64,000 nucleotides of DNA from the human T2T-CHM13v2.0 reference genome, Homo sapiens (GCF_009914755.1 NC_060939.1); one strand, 5' to 3'. Numbered from the stretch's first letter, positions 28,932 through 43,996 are shown. Notes: generated by a model not told the origin, from the sequence alone. Translations and numbers: made by a program.

Positions 28932-31900
28932 TCTGTCCATGAGAACAACAGGATGTGTCTTCTGTGGAGCCTGTCACCTCTGCCCCCTTAGGTGTCAATT
29001 CTTGTGTTTGTTTTGCTAGGGGACCCTCTCTCATGGTATGTGATAGTCCCTCATATCTTTAGGGTATGCTTTCTTCTAATTCTTTTGTCTTATTTTGAAT
29101 GTTCATACTAGCTTGTTGGGGAGTCTCTCAGCACCTCAGCAGGGAGACCTGGTGGGGGTCCTCCTGCCAAGTGAGGTGCACCAACATGTGTCATTCTGTG
29201 AGTGGGAGCCCTGCTTCCCTGGGCTGTGGCCACCCCTCAGGGACCCCTCTTCTCTGTCCAGGAGGCAGTGGGCTGCCAGCAGCTTTGCTCCTCCTCCCTA
29301 AAACCCCAGCTCTTCCTATGACCTGAGATCACTTCCAGCTCTCCCTCTTCACCTCCTTTGGCCCCACTTTCTTAGCTCTTACCTCTCTCTGGCTGGCATT
29401 TTGGCCTTTTATTCTTTTTTATTTAAAAAAATTTATTTGGTCATTTCCTGTAAAACCAGGACCTCGATTAAATAAATTTTCAAGCTTCACTTCAATCAAA
29501 CTCTTGTTTGGTGTTGTCATCATCAAACCATTTCAATTTTTTGCTTGAGCTCTGAATAGCCTCATTTACAAACACCTCAAGTTCATGTGGTATTTTGAGA
29601 ACTTTTCATCATTTTTCTTAAAACTCGAAAGGAGAATAGACTTAAGGCAACTGCTGACATTTGGAGAGATGGGAAAATATGGTATCAAAGATAGGTCTGA
29701 GCTTTGAGCCTCAGGTATTGAGGGCTGACCATGGTGTGGCTGATGGAGAAAGTGAGGTGTCAAGAGGAAGAGTGGCCATGCTGGGAACAGGGTGGATGTG
29801 CTCAGTGTGAAGCTGATCGTTGTGTAATTTGTCTCAAAGGTGTACGGAGTTTTCCATGTCATATTTTAACATTCTTGAATTCTGGATTGTTGGGGTTTTT
29901 TTTTAAGATATAACTAGACATGGATGTTTCATTTGCTGTATATAAATTTAATTGGCCCTGCTTTCTCACTAAGACTTTTGTTTTAATTAGCAAACTCCTC
30001 TTCTTTGTAAATCAAGGCCAAGGCCACAATATAAATTTGCATAATAAATGCAAGCAGTTTGAACTTGATCCCTGAAGATGTGAGTTCTCTGTGCACAGAA
30101 ACCAGTTGAGCTCCCAGCTGGAGTTTGTAGGATTAATTTTCAATGTTCAAGAAGTATTATGGCCAGTGTGTCTCTCCTGCAGGAACTATTTTTGTACCTT
30201 TAACAATTTCAAGATTAGTGCTTTTATTTTTCTTTTAATCTTTAGATCAATGGCCAGTTGCACAAAAATGTAATTCCTTTGAGAAGAAAGTCTGTGAGCA
30301 AAGAGAAATGGCTTTCAACCCTAACGCATCACAATGAGACAAGGACCCTGTAGATGGCCCCACCTGGGGTTCTCTGTATATGTGCCAAGTGCCTTGTGCT
30401 GCTCAAGGCGGGAGTCAGCACTTGTATGACCCACTGCAGATGCTGTTTAAAAATACGCATGGAATTCTCTCTCTGATCTTTTCTGTCACATCATCTCCTT
30501 AAAACTCCCAAAAATATTTAGAGGTGATTACAAAGGGCTGAGGACAAAAAAATTGGAAAAAATACAATCACAAATCAATCAATCAAAGGTGTTTATTTGA
30601 ATACAGGTCAGCAATACATGATTCTCTTATGAGCATTTATCTAAACACTCCTGGCATCCCAACAAATACCTCAGTGTATAAGATGCTTTCATCGAATATA
30701 ATGCAGTTTTCTTCCTGTTCTTGTTCGTTTTTTGCAGTCTTCATGTTTGTTTGCACCTGATAGCTTTCTCAATTAGAGAGAAGTGAGAGATCTTACGGCT
30801 GACTCGCTTGAACACTCCATTAAAACATTTCATGGCATGGTGTGCAATCCCCCAAGCAATCTCATTAAGTGCATATTAGCTTTTTCCAATTTAGAACACA
30901 GTCCTTTATGTACAAAGACAAGGGAAAAACTAATAAATACCTATTTTAAGATTAATAAAATCTTAAATGCACCTGTGTGCGGGAAATCATGGGTGCATCC
31001 AAGACTTTCATGAAATAATAGAGCTCTTCGTACCCAATGTGGTTCCAGCTCCCTTCAATGATTCATCAGAAACCCAGATCTTAACAAATCAAGCCCTTCG
31101 TGGTGGTCGGCCTCACAGTCCCCGCCACCGGCCATGTGGATAATACTCTGGCTTCCTGCTGAGCTGAAATGTTCCTTCAGTCACAGAGTCACAGAATGAG
31201 GATTATGGCCACAGCAAACCTCTCGCCTCAGGTCATATCTTCCTGTCAGGAGCAGGGCCCTTGATTGATACCCTTAATCATCCCTCACATTCATCTGCAA
31301 TGCTTCACACTCCAAAAGGCTTCACTCTGCATCATCTCTTTGAAGCAGTAAAACCACCCTCCCAGACCACTGTTCTTGCTTCAATTTGCAAACATATGCT
31401 TAGGAAGTTTTCTTGACTTATTTATGATCACAAAGATGTATGTGGAAGACCTAGAGCTAGAGACCCGGGACCTGAACCCAGGACTTCACACCTTTAATAT
31501 TTGTTCACCTAAATATGTGTCTATTTCTCCTACTCTATTTTTTCAAGATTAGGACTCAGCCTTAACAAAAGCATCCTGCATAGAAACATGGCCAGATGGA
31601 TTTCTTGGGTATTAGAAGCAGGGCTTTGGCCAAAGGGGGAAAAAAGTATTTTAACATTTTTGAACTCCACTTCCCCTTTAACTCTTACAAAACCAGACAT
31701 CCTTATTAATCCAATCACAATTTTTTATTAATTGAGCATCCAGTGTCCGGAACTGAACAAGGTGCTTTGAGGGTCCTGTCCTCACAGACACAGCAGCTTG
31801 GAGAGGGGAAATATCACACCCAGGAATGCTCTGTGTTTGCTGTGACTATAAAGACGGGAAAGTGAACAGAGGCCTTGGAACCACTGCTGTCACTCAGAGT

Positions 31901-32462
31901 CACTCAAGCCCCGGGTCAGTGTCTGCACTCTGCTCTGCTCATTTGTGACTGCTGTGCGACTATAGTCAAGGACCATGTCCCCGAAGGGGGAGGTCTCAGG
32001 AAAAGAAGGGGTTGGGAAGGCCTGGGAGAGAGAAAGAGAGCCAGGCAGGAAGGACGCCTAGCACAGCAGGTCCCTGTGGGTAAGAGTACTGCAGAGGACA
32101 GTGGGTCTCCCCAAATACACAAGAAAACAGTGTTTGCCAAGTGCCCACTGAAGGAAAGGCCTCCACCCTCCCTCTGTCTCCCACCACACCTTCTTCAATA
32201 CTGTTACTGTTCCTGGATTATTGATGGGGAAACAGATGTGAGTGCCTGGTACATAATGGCCAGACTGAAATTAAGTCTCCATCTCTGACTTCCCTAACTG
32301 TTCCTGGCACTTACCATGGTACCAAATGATCCTGGAGGCTCTGAAGTGGGCATGGAGGAGGTCAGGCCCAACTTTCACTTCCCCTGGGAAAAATGGCATT
32401 TTACTTAGGATCTAATCATTTCTCTTACTTTCCAAGATAAAGTAGAAAGAAGAAAAAAGCTA

Positions 32463-32834
<372 letters not shown>

Positions 32835-33357
32835 TTATTATAAAAACAGATTTTTTAACAGAAAAATACAATCTTTAATACCAACGAATCTAAAACCTGT
32901 AGCTCTCTGCCCTCCCTACTATGCAGCCATTATTACTCAGGAGGGCAGGAGAACTCAGGACTCCCCTGCACGCCCCCCGAGGCCTGAGTGACAGCTGCAG
33001 AGTGGATAAGGATGTGCAGATTCAGAACAGCTGTTGTCTTCCTGGCAATCAGCATGACATTTGTGATTGTCATTTCAAGAAAACAGTGCATCAGCCACAT
33101 ACACTGTGTTTATTTTTGGTACTTTTATTTTTGAAATCATAAAACGGAAACAGCACATAGAACAAAAAGTAAATATCTATGGCTTATTCTCCTTCACCAC
33201 TTTCTGCCCTTTGGTTTTCCTAACTTACTGAATACAGATATAATAATCCATAGAGCTCAAGTAATTATTGGCAAACATTTCAAAACCAGTCAGCATTTCA
33301 TGACAGTCTCTTTTAAAACCTGAGATTGAAAAGTATACATTAAAACAACTTTCCTAA

Positions 33358-33698
<341 letters not shown>

Positions 33699-34239
33699 AG
33701 GCATCTTTTTTATTAATCTAGCTAATATATCCTGGGTGCTCTGAACTCAAGATTAGGGAGCTGAATCTATTCACAACATGCTAGTCAATTTAAAACACAT
33801 GGATTCATAAGCCCACTTGGATTTTCTTTTAAAATTAATTACAGTATAGTCTCTTCCTAAGGCTGCAGCGAGAGATCCGTATGCCATTGGTTTTGACTGT
33901 TTAAAGAGAACCAAGGCAAAAATGTGATCTAAAATAACAGTGGAGATCACTTCTTACACTTACAGGACATCTTGTGAAGTGGACTCTACATTAACTTACC
34001 CTCTGCCTACCCCAATGCTCAGCACTGTCTGGTTCACTGGGCCAAGAAAACTGGGTAGAACTCCTGGAGCTTTAGATGATAATTGAATAAACAATTAGAA
34101 TCAAGGCCTAGCTCAATAAGAGAATTTCAAGCTATCATTAAGACACTAGCTAAGATGCAATGATTTTATAGAATTATCTTCTTTAGTATTTCTAAGAGTG
34201 TCTGGTAGCTAGGAAACAAAGATGATTGAAATAATATAT

Positions 34240-35620
34240 TTTATAAAACCACAAAGAGATAACACGTCACATTCATTAGGATGGCTACTATACAAAAAAA
34301 AAAAAGTAGAAAATAGCAGTGTTGGTAAGGACATGGAGAAATTGGAATCCTCATGCATTGTTTGTGGGAATGTAAAATGGAGCAGCAGCCATGAAAAGCA
34401 GTATGGTGGTTCCAAAAAAAATTAAAAAGAGAATTATCTTATGATCCAGCAATTCCACTTCTAGGTATATACCCAAAAGACACAAAAGTAGGGGCCTAAA
34501 GAAACATTTGTACACCAGTCTTCATATTGTTACAGGACCAACAGGCCCATATGCCCACTGCACAGTAAGACACCAATACACCGAGAGAGCAGGGTTTGCA
34601 GCAGAGAAAGAGTTTAATGATCATAGGGAGGCTGAGTGAGGAGACAGGAAGGACCCTCAAATCTGTCTCATTGAGGAGTTCTGCGCTAGGGTTTTTAAGG
34701 GGATCATGGAGGGCAAGGGGCTGGAAAATTGGGGTCATTAATTGGTTGGGGTAAGGAGAATGAAATCATCAGGATGCAGAAACTGCATTTTTTTTGGTGA
34801 GTGAGCTCCCATGGGGCCCTTCAGACCAGCTGGCATCAGTAGTTTCATCTGTATGAAAGACCCAAAGGAATGCCCTCAAAGGGAAAACTTAGCATTTCAT
34901 AATGTTCAAGTTATTTATAGAGCAGTTAAGGGGAATGGTAATTTTGTTACAGGGTCTATATGATTCTGGGGCAACAGGCAGTAAACAGCTATAAGGAAGC
35001 AGGTCAGAAAGCAGCTGACCTAGTGATTGATGCTGAGTATGCTGCCAGCTGGGTTTATTCTCGTTCCCCTACATGACCCCCCCCATTCCTCTTCTTCCCG
35101 TATTAACTTAATAAAGCTTATAAGGATGGTTCCAATATTAGCATTATTCACAGTAGCCAAAAGATGGAAGCAACCCAAATGTCCATTAACAGATAAATAG
35201 ATAAACAAAATGTGGCATAACAGACAATGGAATGTTATTTAGCCTTAAAAAGGAAGGAAATCCTGAAACATGTTATACCGTGAATGGTATGTTTTATGTT
35301 TTATGCTAAGGACATTATGCAAAGTGAAATAAGCCAGTCACAAAAAGACAAATACTGTATGCTTATATGAGGTACCTAGAACAGTCAAATTCATACATAC
35401 AGAAAGTGGAATGGTGATTGCCAGAAGCTGGCAGGGGAGGAGACAGGGAGTTGTTGAATGGGTACAGAGTTTCAGCTCAGGATGATCAGAGTTCTGGAGG
35501 TGGATGGCAGTGGCACTGCACAACACTGTGAATGCACTTAATGTCACTTGTCACTCATCTGTACACTTACAAATGGTTCAGGTAGTAAATCTTATGTATA
35601 TTTTACCACAATTAAAAACA
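34240..35620 (+). mobile_element. L1MB-like 3' end, split by an LTR
   Basis: aggatggctactata...gagaaattggaatcctc...tatgatccagcaattccacttctaggtatatacccaaa; resumes at 35139 (tagcattattcacagtagcc). Confidence 0.85.
34528..35134 (-). mobile_element. ERV1-class (MER4-group-like) solo LTR
   Basis: TG...CA termini; 4-bp TSD atat (34524-34527 / 35135-35138); cleanly interrupts the L1. Confidence 0.85.
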
Positions 35621-35869
35621 TGATACATTTTATAATATAAAATAGAGAAAATTAATTGATAATAGTTTTTTTAAATGAGTGTAAGTTTTATATATATATA
35701 GTGATAGCTGAAATATGATTTTCTTTTTAAAATCACATTATATGATAGACTATGTACATATATTTAGGAGCCTCAGGCCATTGATTTTCAATGTTATGTA
35801 ATTTGTAAATTATGTTAATCATTATAATCTTAATAGGTGATAAAAGCTGATGTATAAACAATATCCTTT

Positions 35870-36460
<591 letters not shown>

Positions 36461-37334
36461 AAAGCCAAAAAGAACCACCCATATACCCATACAAATATAA
36501 TTTCATCAAGTTCTTTACTAAATTCATTTTGGGCTCTTATAGTTCAGTGCCTGGTACAGTCTTCCTCAGAGTAAATATCTGAATCAATAAATCAAACAGC
36601 ATTCAATGTTATTCTTAAATATAAAATTTCTTCTGCGGGATATATTAAGATTGACATAGAAAGAAACTCATTTGTACATACCCTAAGTTTTTTTAAAAAA
36701 AGATATGACTCAAAAATAAAAGAATACTCTTTCAAAATCCAAACAAAGGTAATGAATACATTTGAGAAAAAATTAACAAAATATATTTAATTGACTTCTT
36801 AGCATCTATATTTTGTATAATTTCTAAATATGTTCCATATCCTCCTCTATAACAAAAGTCATTTTCCAGGTGTACCTTCCTTAGACTCCACATGATAACA
36901 GTTTTGGCCATTTCCCTTAATTAATCCCATCTTCTGACATTTTTAACATAAATAGTGTTCTAAAAAGTTCCTGTCATTTATCAGCATGTGTCTTGTTATA
37001 CTTTCATTATATTGCATTTACCCAATTATTTCTTAAAAATCCAATTAATCTACATAAAATACAAATAGATCCCGTTGTTTCCCTTGGGCAGCCATGCATT
37101 CTTTTGGGGATGACAGCCTTGGCCATAGAACAAAGAAGCTACTGCATAGGATCTGTGCTTTGATCTCTTCTAGTTTCAAAATCCTAAGAGCATCAATATA
37201 CTCTTCTATTCTGTAAATGAAAAAAAAATTCTCAGGCATTTCACCATGTCCTCCACTATGTGCCGCGTTTCAGGGATTGAGGCAGCACGCAGAGGTGGTG
37301 GCCTGCCTGCTGCGTGAGGCTTCACTTCATCACT

Positions 37335-37515
37335 TTCTGTCTGTGTGACCTCAAAGAAGTTCTCGGATCTCTGGTCCCTCAGCTGCCACACTTGCAAAAT
37401 GGAGATCATAAAAGTACTTGCCTCCCAGGCTTGTTTTAAGGATGAAATGGGTTTTCGTGTATTTTGCAGCACTTAGAATTAGTGTCTGGCACTTACGTGC
37501 TTATCAGTTTATTAA
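37335..37515 (+). mobile_element. MIR fragment
   Basis: ctgtgtgacctc...tgcaaaatggagatcataaaagtacttgcctcccaggcttgttttaaggatgaaatg...agcacttagaa. Confidence 0.7.
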
Positions 37516-38246
37516 GTAAAATCTCACAAATGGAACCAAACCTAGCAGAAAAATTCCACACAGGATTCCATTTTTTAACAAGGAAAAGAACAGATATAGG
37601 ACCACTCTTTGGGAAAGCTTTGTTGTGAAAAAGATACAAATAAGATAGTCTTGTTAGATTCAGCGTGAATGGAAATTATCAAGTGTAATACACTGACTTT
37701 AGGACAGCCTCAACATTAGACTGGGAAGGTTTCTGTCTTAAATGAATAAACGTGATCCCTGTCATAGGAAGGTGTTAGGTAACATATTATAAGTGACCAA
37801 ATATTTTCACTCCTCAAGTTGAAGACTAATTATCCTTCAAGAAATCCCCAACAATCCACTTCCTTAAATGACCAAAGCTACTACATTGTCATAGTTACCA
37901 CTTGCATACGAAAATAAATTTTGTGAATGACTTCTTAGCATTTGTTTCTTCTTCTTCTCAAAATTTCAATATGCTAATGCGAAAATTTTTATGGAGAAAA
38001 TTAGAAGACTTTACTAGAAGGCACCTAGGAATAACTGAGTGAATGAAGCACGCAATTATGTTCATGGACAGGGAGAGGCAATATAGACGAAAGATGTCAT
38101 TTCTCCCCAAACTAATCTGCAAAATCAATGCAACTCCAGGTTAAATCCCTACAGGATCTTTCATGGAAATTGATGAACTAATTCTAAAACATATATGTAT
38201 AGAGTGTGTGCTAGAATAGCTAAACCAACATTGTAAATTAAAACAA

Positions 38247-40073
38247 TATGCCTGCAGGTTTGTGCTTTTTGTTCAAGATTGCTTTGGCTATTCAGGGTCT
38301 TTTTTATTTCCATACAAATTTTATGGTCTGTTTTCCTATTTCTGTGAAAAATGACATTGGAATTTTTATTAAAAATGCATTGAATCTGCAGCTTGCTTTG
38401 GATAGTATGAACATTTTAACAATGTCAATTCTTCCAATTCATAAACATGGGATAGCTTTCCATTTATTTGTGTCTTCTTTAATTTTGTTCATCAACATTT
38501 TATAATTTTCATTGTACAGACTTTTCACCCCTCTTGATTAAGTTTATTCCTATTTTATCTTTTTTGATGCTATTGTAAATGAGATTGTTCATTTTTGGAT
38601 AGTTCATTGTTAGTGTACAAAAATGCTACTTATTTTTGTATGTTGATTTTTTAACCTGCAACCTTAATGAATTTGTTCATCAGTTCTAATAGTTTTTGGT
38701 GGAGTCTTAAAGTTTTCTAAACACAAGATTATGTCATCTGCAAACAGAAACTTTCACTTCTTCCTTTCCTGTATGAATGTCTTTTATTTATTTTTCTTAC
38801 TTGAGTGGCCCGGCACTAGGGCTTCCAGTACTGTGTTGAAGAGAAGTGGAAAGAGTGGGCTTCCTTGCTTTTTTCCTCATCTTAGAGGAAAAGCTTTCAA
38901 CTTTTCGCCATTGAGTATTATGTTAACTATGGACTTGTCATACATGGCTTTTATTGGGTTAAGATAAATTCCTTCCATGCCTATTTTTTGAGAGTTGTTA
39001 ACATGAATGAAGATTAAATTTTGTCAAATGCTTTTCCTGCATCTTTTAAGATAATCATGTGTTTTTTGTTCTTAATTTTGTTAATACAGTGTATCACATT
39101 TATTGACTTATGTATGTTGAACCATCCTTGCATCTCTGGAATAAATCCCCATGACCATGGTGAACAGTCTTTTTAAGGTGCTATTGAATTGGGTTTGCTG
39201 GTATTCTGTTGAGGAATTTTGCATCTGTGTTCATCAGAAATATTGGCCTGTATATTTCTTTTCTTACAGTGTCCTTGTCTGAATTTGGTATCAGGGTAAT
39301 GCTAAAAACAGAACCCTTGTACGCTGTTGGTGGGAATGTAAGTTAGGGCAGCCATTTTAGAAAATAGCATGGAGGTTCCTTAAAAAACTAAAAATAGAAT
39401 GACCATATGATACAGCAATTCCACTTTTAAGTATATATCCAAAGGAATTGAAATCATCATGTCAAAGAGATATCTACACTCTCAGGGTGATCTCAGCATT
39501 ATTCACAATAGACAAGATGTGGAAAAACCTAAGTGTCCATCAACGGATGAATGGATACAGAAAATCTGGTATATGCATACAACGGCCTACCATATAGCCT
39601 TCAAAAAGAAGGAAATCCTGTCATTTGCAACAACATGAATGGAACTGGAAAAATTATGCTAAGTGAAATAAACTTGGCACAGAAAGACAAATACAGTATA
39701 ATCTCACTTGTGGAATCTAAAAAAGCTGACCTTGCAGAAACATAATAGAAAGGTAGTTACTAGCAGCTGGGGTAGAGGAGATGGAATGGGGAAAAGGAAG
39801 ATGTTGATCAAAGGGTACAAAGTTGCAGTTATGCTAAAGAAATAAGCTTTAGTGATCTATTGCATGGTGACCACAGCTAGCAATAATGTATTCTATACTT
39901 CGAACTCGTTAAAACAGATTTATAACATTTTCACCACAACAAGTAATAATTGGGTAAGACAATGGATATGTTAACCAGATTAAATATTTCTATAATTTAT
40001 ACATGAGTGAAAACATCACATTGTGCCCCACAAGTACAGATAATTGTCAATTTAAAATAAAAAATTAAAACAA
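38247..40073 (+). mobile_element. 5'-inverted L1MA insertion: antisense ORF2 segment 38247-39303 plus sense 3' end 39304-40061
   Basis: Strand switch at ~39303; 12-bp TSD aaattaaaacaa at 38235-38246 and 40062-40073. Confidence 0.85.
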
Positions 40074-40141
40074 AGCAGGCTAACTTAATTTCCTTATATA
40101 GAAATCTATTACAGAGCTATACAAATTAAACAATATAATAC

Positions 40142-41433
40142 TGCATCCAGAACTGATGGGTTCTTGGTCTCACTGACTTCAAGAATGAAGCTGCCAACCC
40201 TTATGGTGAATGTTACAGCTCTTAATTCGTGTCTAGTTTGTTCCCTCTGATGTTCAGATGCTTCCAGAGTTTCTTCCTTCTGGTAGGTTCATGGTCTCAC
40301 TGGCTTCAGACCTTCTGCAGACCTTCACAGTGAGTGTTACAACTCATAAAAACAGCATGGACCCAAACAATGAGCAGCAACCAAATTTATTGCAAAGAAA
40401 CAAAGAACAAACCTTTCACACGGAGAAAGAGGAGCAGAATTGTGTGCCACTGCTGGCTCCGGCAGCCTGCTTTTATTCTCTTATCTGGCCCCACCCACAT
40501 TCTGCTGATTGGTCCATTTTACAGAGAGCCAATTGGTCCACTTTACAGAGAGCTGATTGGTCCATTTTGACAGGGTGCTGATTGGTGCGTTTACAATCCT
40601 TGAGCTAGACGGGGTGCTCATTGGTGTGTTTACAAACCTTGAGCTAGATACAGAGTGCCGATTGGTGTATTTACAATCCTTTAGCTAGACATAAAGGTTC
40701 TCCAAGTCCCCACCAGAGTAGCTAGATACGAGTATCCATTGATGCATTCACAAACCCTGGGCTAGACACAGGGTGCTGATTGGTGTATTTACAAGCCCTT
40801 AGCTGAACATAAATGTTCTCCAAGTCCCCACCAGACTCAAGCACAGCTGGCTTCACCCAGTAGATCCCACACCTGGGCCACAGGTGGAGCTGCCTGCCAG
40901 TCCCGCATCCTGCACCCGCGCTCCTCAGCCCTTGGGTGGTCGATGGGACTGGGTGCCACGGAGCAGGGGGCGGCACTCATTGGGGAGGCTCGGGCAGCAC
41001 AGGAGCCCACAGAGTTGGGGGTGGCTCGGGCATGGCAGGCTGCAGGTCCTGAGCCTTGCCCCATGGGGAGGCAGCTAAGGCCCAGCGAGAAATTGAACAC
41101 AGCAGCTGCTGGCCCAGGTGCTAAGCCCCCTCACTGCCCGGGGCTTGTGGGCCCACTGGCCGCTCCAAGTGCAGGGCCGCTGGGCCCACGCCCACCCGGA
41201 ACTCGCGCTGGCCCGCAAGTGCCGCGCGCAGCCCAGGTTCCCTCCCAGGCATCTACCTCCATACCTCCTTGCAAGCTGAGGGAGCCGGCTCCGGCCTCGG
41301 CCAGCCCAGAAAGGGGCTCCCACAGTGCAGCGCGGGCTGGAGGGCTCCTCAAGTGTGGCCAGAGTGGGTGCCAAGGCCGAGGAGGTGCCGAGAGCGAGGG
41401 CTGCGGGGGCTGCCAGCATGTTGTCACCTCTCA
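40142..41433 (-). mobile_element. ERV9 solo LTR (LTR12 family)
   Basis: Minus-strand start tgagaggtgacaacatgctggcag; tandem gctgattggt(g)...tttacaa...gagctagac repeats; U5 ttcttggtctcactgacttcaagaatgaagc. Confidence 0.95.
40471..40790 (-). promoter_or_regulatory. LTR12 promoter/enhancer: several CCAAT (NF-Y) boxes, GATA, CACCC and an AATAAAA TATA-like box
   Basis: Plus-strand ATTGG near 40508, 40532, 40556, 40581, 40620, 40661 and 40779; ttatct at 40481; ccccaccc at ~40490; ttttatt at 40471-40477. This matches the known ERV9 U3 layout. Confidence 0.75.
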
Positions 41434-43375
41434 GTATTGACATAGATCAGTGGAACATGATAGCTCAAAAATAGAATTATGATTAATTCGGGAATTTGAT
41501 ATGAATATGATAAAGATGTCATCTAAAATCATGAAGGAAAGATTGTTCAGTAAATAGAGATAAATTGGCTACCCATCTGGAGAGAAAATGAAGTGAGATT
41601 CCTGACTCACATCATCTAAAGAGTAAATTCCAGATTAATTACAGAGTTAACATGAAAATAAAAATTATGTAGAAGAAAAGTGAGAAGACCATCTGTATGA
41701 CTTTCAGGAAGGAAAGTACCACTAGTCTTTGAAGAATAGTCTGATTTCTTAAAAAATGAATAATTAATGAGGCACGAGGAATACGTAACAATCAGGTTAC
41801 ATAAAGAATATATAACATGAATAAGGAAAATAAATCAACCCAATAGAAAAATTTCCAAAGAAAAACCAGAGGCAGGTTATAGGAGAGAAAATGCGAAAGG
41901 CCAAAAAATACTTAGAAATTGCTAGACTGTGAGCTATTGATGGGACGCAGTGAAAGAAGAAACCATCTGGGCTGGAACATTCTCCTTCCAGCACCTCAAG
42001 CGCCAAGACCCTGGCCCACAGGAGAGGAGCTGGAACCCAGGCGCACTCCCGGCTCTGCTGTTAGCAATAGCTGCACAGTGATAATCGTCGGAATGCTCTT
42101 ATCTGGCTTGCTTTGACAAAACACCGCAGATGTAAATATGTGTGTCTAGAAGAACAAACATATAATAAACATTCATCTTGAGGTGAATGTGAAGTGGAAT
42201 GGAAGAAGAATAAGGGCATGAACCTCTTTCTCCATTTTCACACGAGGCCAGTAGAGAATGCTCGGCACTGTTGGGATAAAACATGGAGGTTCGTGTTTAC
42301 GATTTAAGGGCACTAATGACTGCCTGAACTTATAATGGTAAAGGAAAGTAGCATTGGTGTAAACGAAAGCCTCTCATTTCCTACTAGAGAATCGATATGT
42401 AATGTCCTCTGTTGATGAAGCAGCGGCATAAACGCAGGAGCAGAGCTGAGAAGATCCCCGGCAGGCTTAAAACACGCGCCCATGGCTGCCTCCGGAGGAG
42501 ACCCAGGCTGCCCTTCTCTCCCTGTTACCTCTACCAGGAGATCGTGGTATTCAGCTCAGCAAAATAAATGGATTTTTAAATAAAATGAAACAAAACAAAA
42601 CAAAATGAAAGGGCTGTAAGCCAATAGTATGGCAAAATCTCCAAAAAGACGATTTCCAAAAAGTTTTTTATTTCAATGATTAGCTCTAAGATTCATGTGG
42701 TTTTGCTCATAATATTTATCGGGACTCTCACTTCATTTCTTTCCAACGTAGATTGCCGATTCTGACAACCTGTATGTCTATTTTTAGAAGTAATTTCTTC
42801 ATCACTCTAAACAAGGGCCTTAAGTAGCCTGCAGGCACAATCCCATCACCATGGACGGCTTCATCCAGGACGACTCCCTCTCCTTCACTATTTCACAGTC
42901 AGAGGGGTAGAGTGCACAGGTGAAGCCCAGACCAGGCATCCACCCCGCAATCTATGCCACCCTCTGTGCCTTCTCTACTTGCATTCTTATTCTTATTTTT
43001 ATGTGGCTCTCATTATTAAATATGCAGAAAAATAGCATTTTAAAAATATTCTTCCTAAAGGAAATAAAGAAACAGTGATATCTTGTGGTACTAAAAGGTG
43101 TTCTCAAGTTTAAGCAGCTGTGAGACAAAGGAATTGATCTTGGTCCAGGCAATTCTGGAACCATCTAGGCAAGTGGGGTGGGGGCCAACCCAGTCCCAGA
43201 GGTCTGAAGTCTGGCTTCATGGTTATTGTCTAACAGTAAGAAAGACAGGTACAACTCAGAAACCAATTCACCACCAGAAAAGCAAACAAATTAACTCTCC
43301 TCTGCAGTCAAGCTAGCCAAGTAATCTGGAAAACTGGAAAATAGTCAAAAAAAAAAGAAAAAAGAAAGAAGGAAA

Positions 43376-43996
43376 TATATTCTTCTTTCATATATGTGTG
43401 TGCATATATATTAATATATGTGTGTATATGTAGATAATGTATATGATACATATGTGCATATATTTATATATGTGTATATGCATACATATTTACATGTATA
43501 TGTATCATATACATATGTATACATGTATCTATATATTCACACATATGTATTAATATGTACATAGATTAGCTTGAGGGTGCTCCTGACCCCACAGATGAAG
43601 GCCATCTGCAGCAGCTGCCCCTGCCTTCTCCAGATTCTGCCCTTGCTTTTCCCTGAATCTCAGAATAGGGGCTCCCAGCAATCACCTGTATGCTGCCTCT
43701 TCTCCCTCCGGAGGACTTTCCCTCCAGACGTCCAGACACCTTGCCCTCCTTTCCTGCTAGCAGAATCCCTTTAAAAGCACTTAGGATCCTCTCTCATGGG
43801 GTTTATATATATTTATATATTGTGTATATGTATACATATTTACATGTGTATGTATCATATACATATGTGTATATGTATACATATTTACATGTGTATGTAT
43901 CATATACATATGTATATGTATCTATATTCACACATGCATATTAATATATACACACATATATACATATGCACATATATGTACACACACATATATGTA
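43376..43996. repeat. (TA/TATG)-rich microsatellite interrupted by a 234-bp duplicated segment
   Basis: Seen directly in the sequence. Confidence 0.9.
43571..43804 (+). repeat. Direct repeat copy A of 44854-45078 (about 90% identical by eye)
   Basis: ttgagggtgctcctgaccccacagatgaagg...ggatcctctctca(t/c)ggggttt in both copies. Confidence 0.97.

Larger units (their letters stand above)
37980..41920 (+). mobile_element. Old host L1 ORF2 fragment (37980-38246, 40074-40141, 41434-41920) split by an L1MA and an LTR12
   Basis: L1 ORF2 motifs continue across both insertions (atgttcatggacagggag...; tattacagagctata; catagatcagtggaaca). Confidence 0.7.

Noticed and set aside
34240-35620. Candidate missing 3' end of the L1PA at 23193-28931
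   Set aside because: It has an older L1MB-type 3'UTR and no matching TSD.
40837-41443. Overlapping ORFs up to 165 aa
   Set aside because: They lie in GC-rich LTR12 sequence, where open frames arise from composition.
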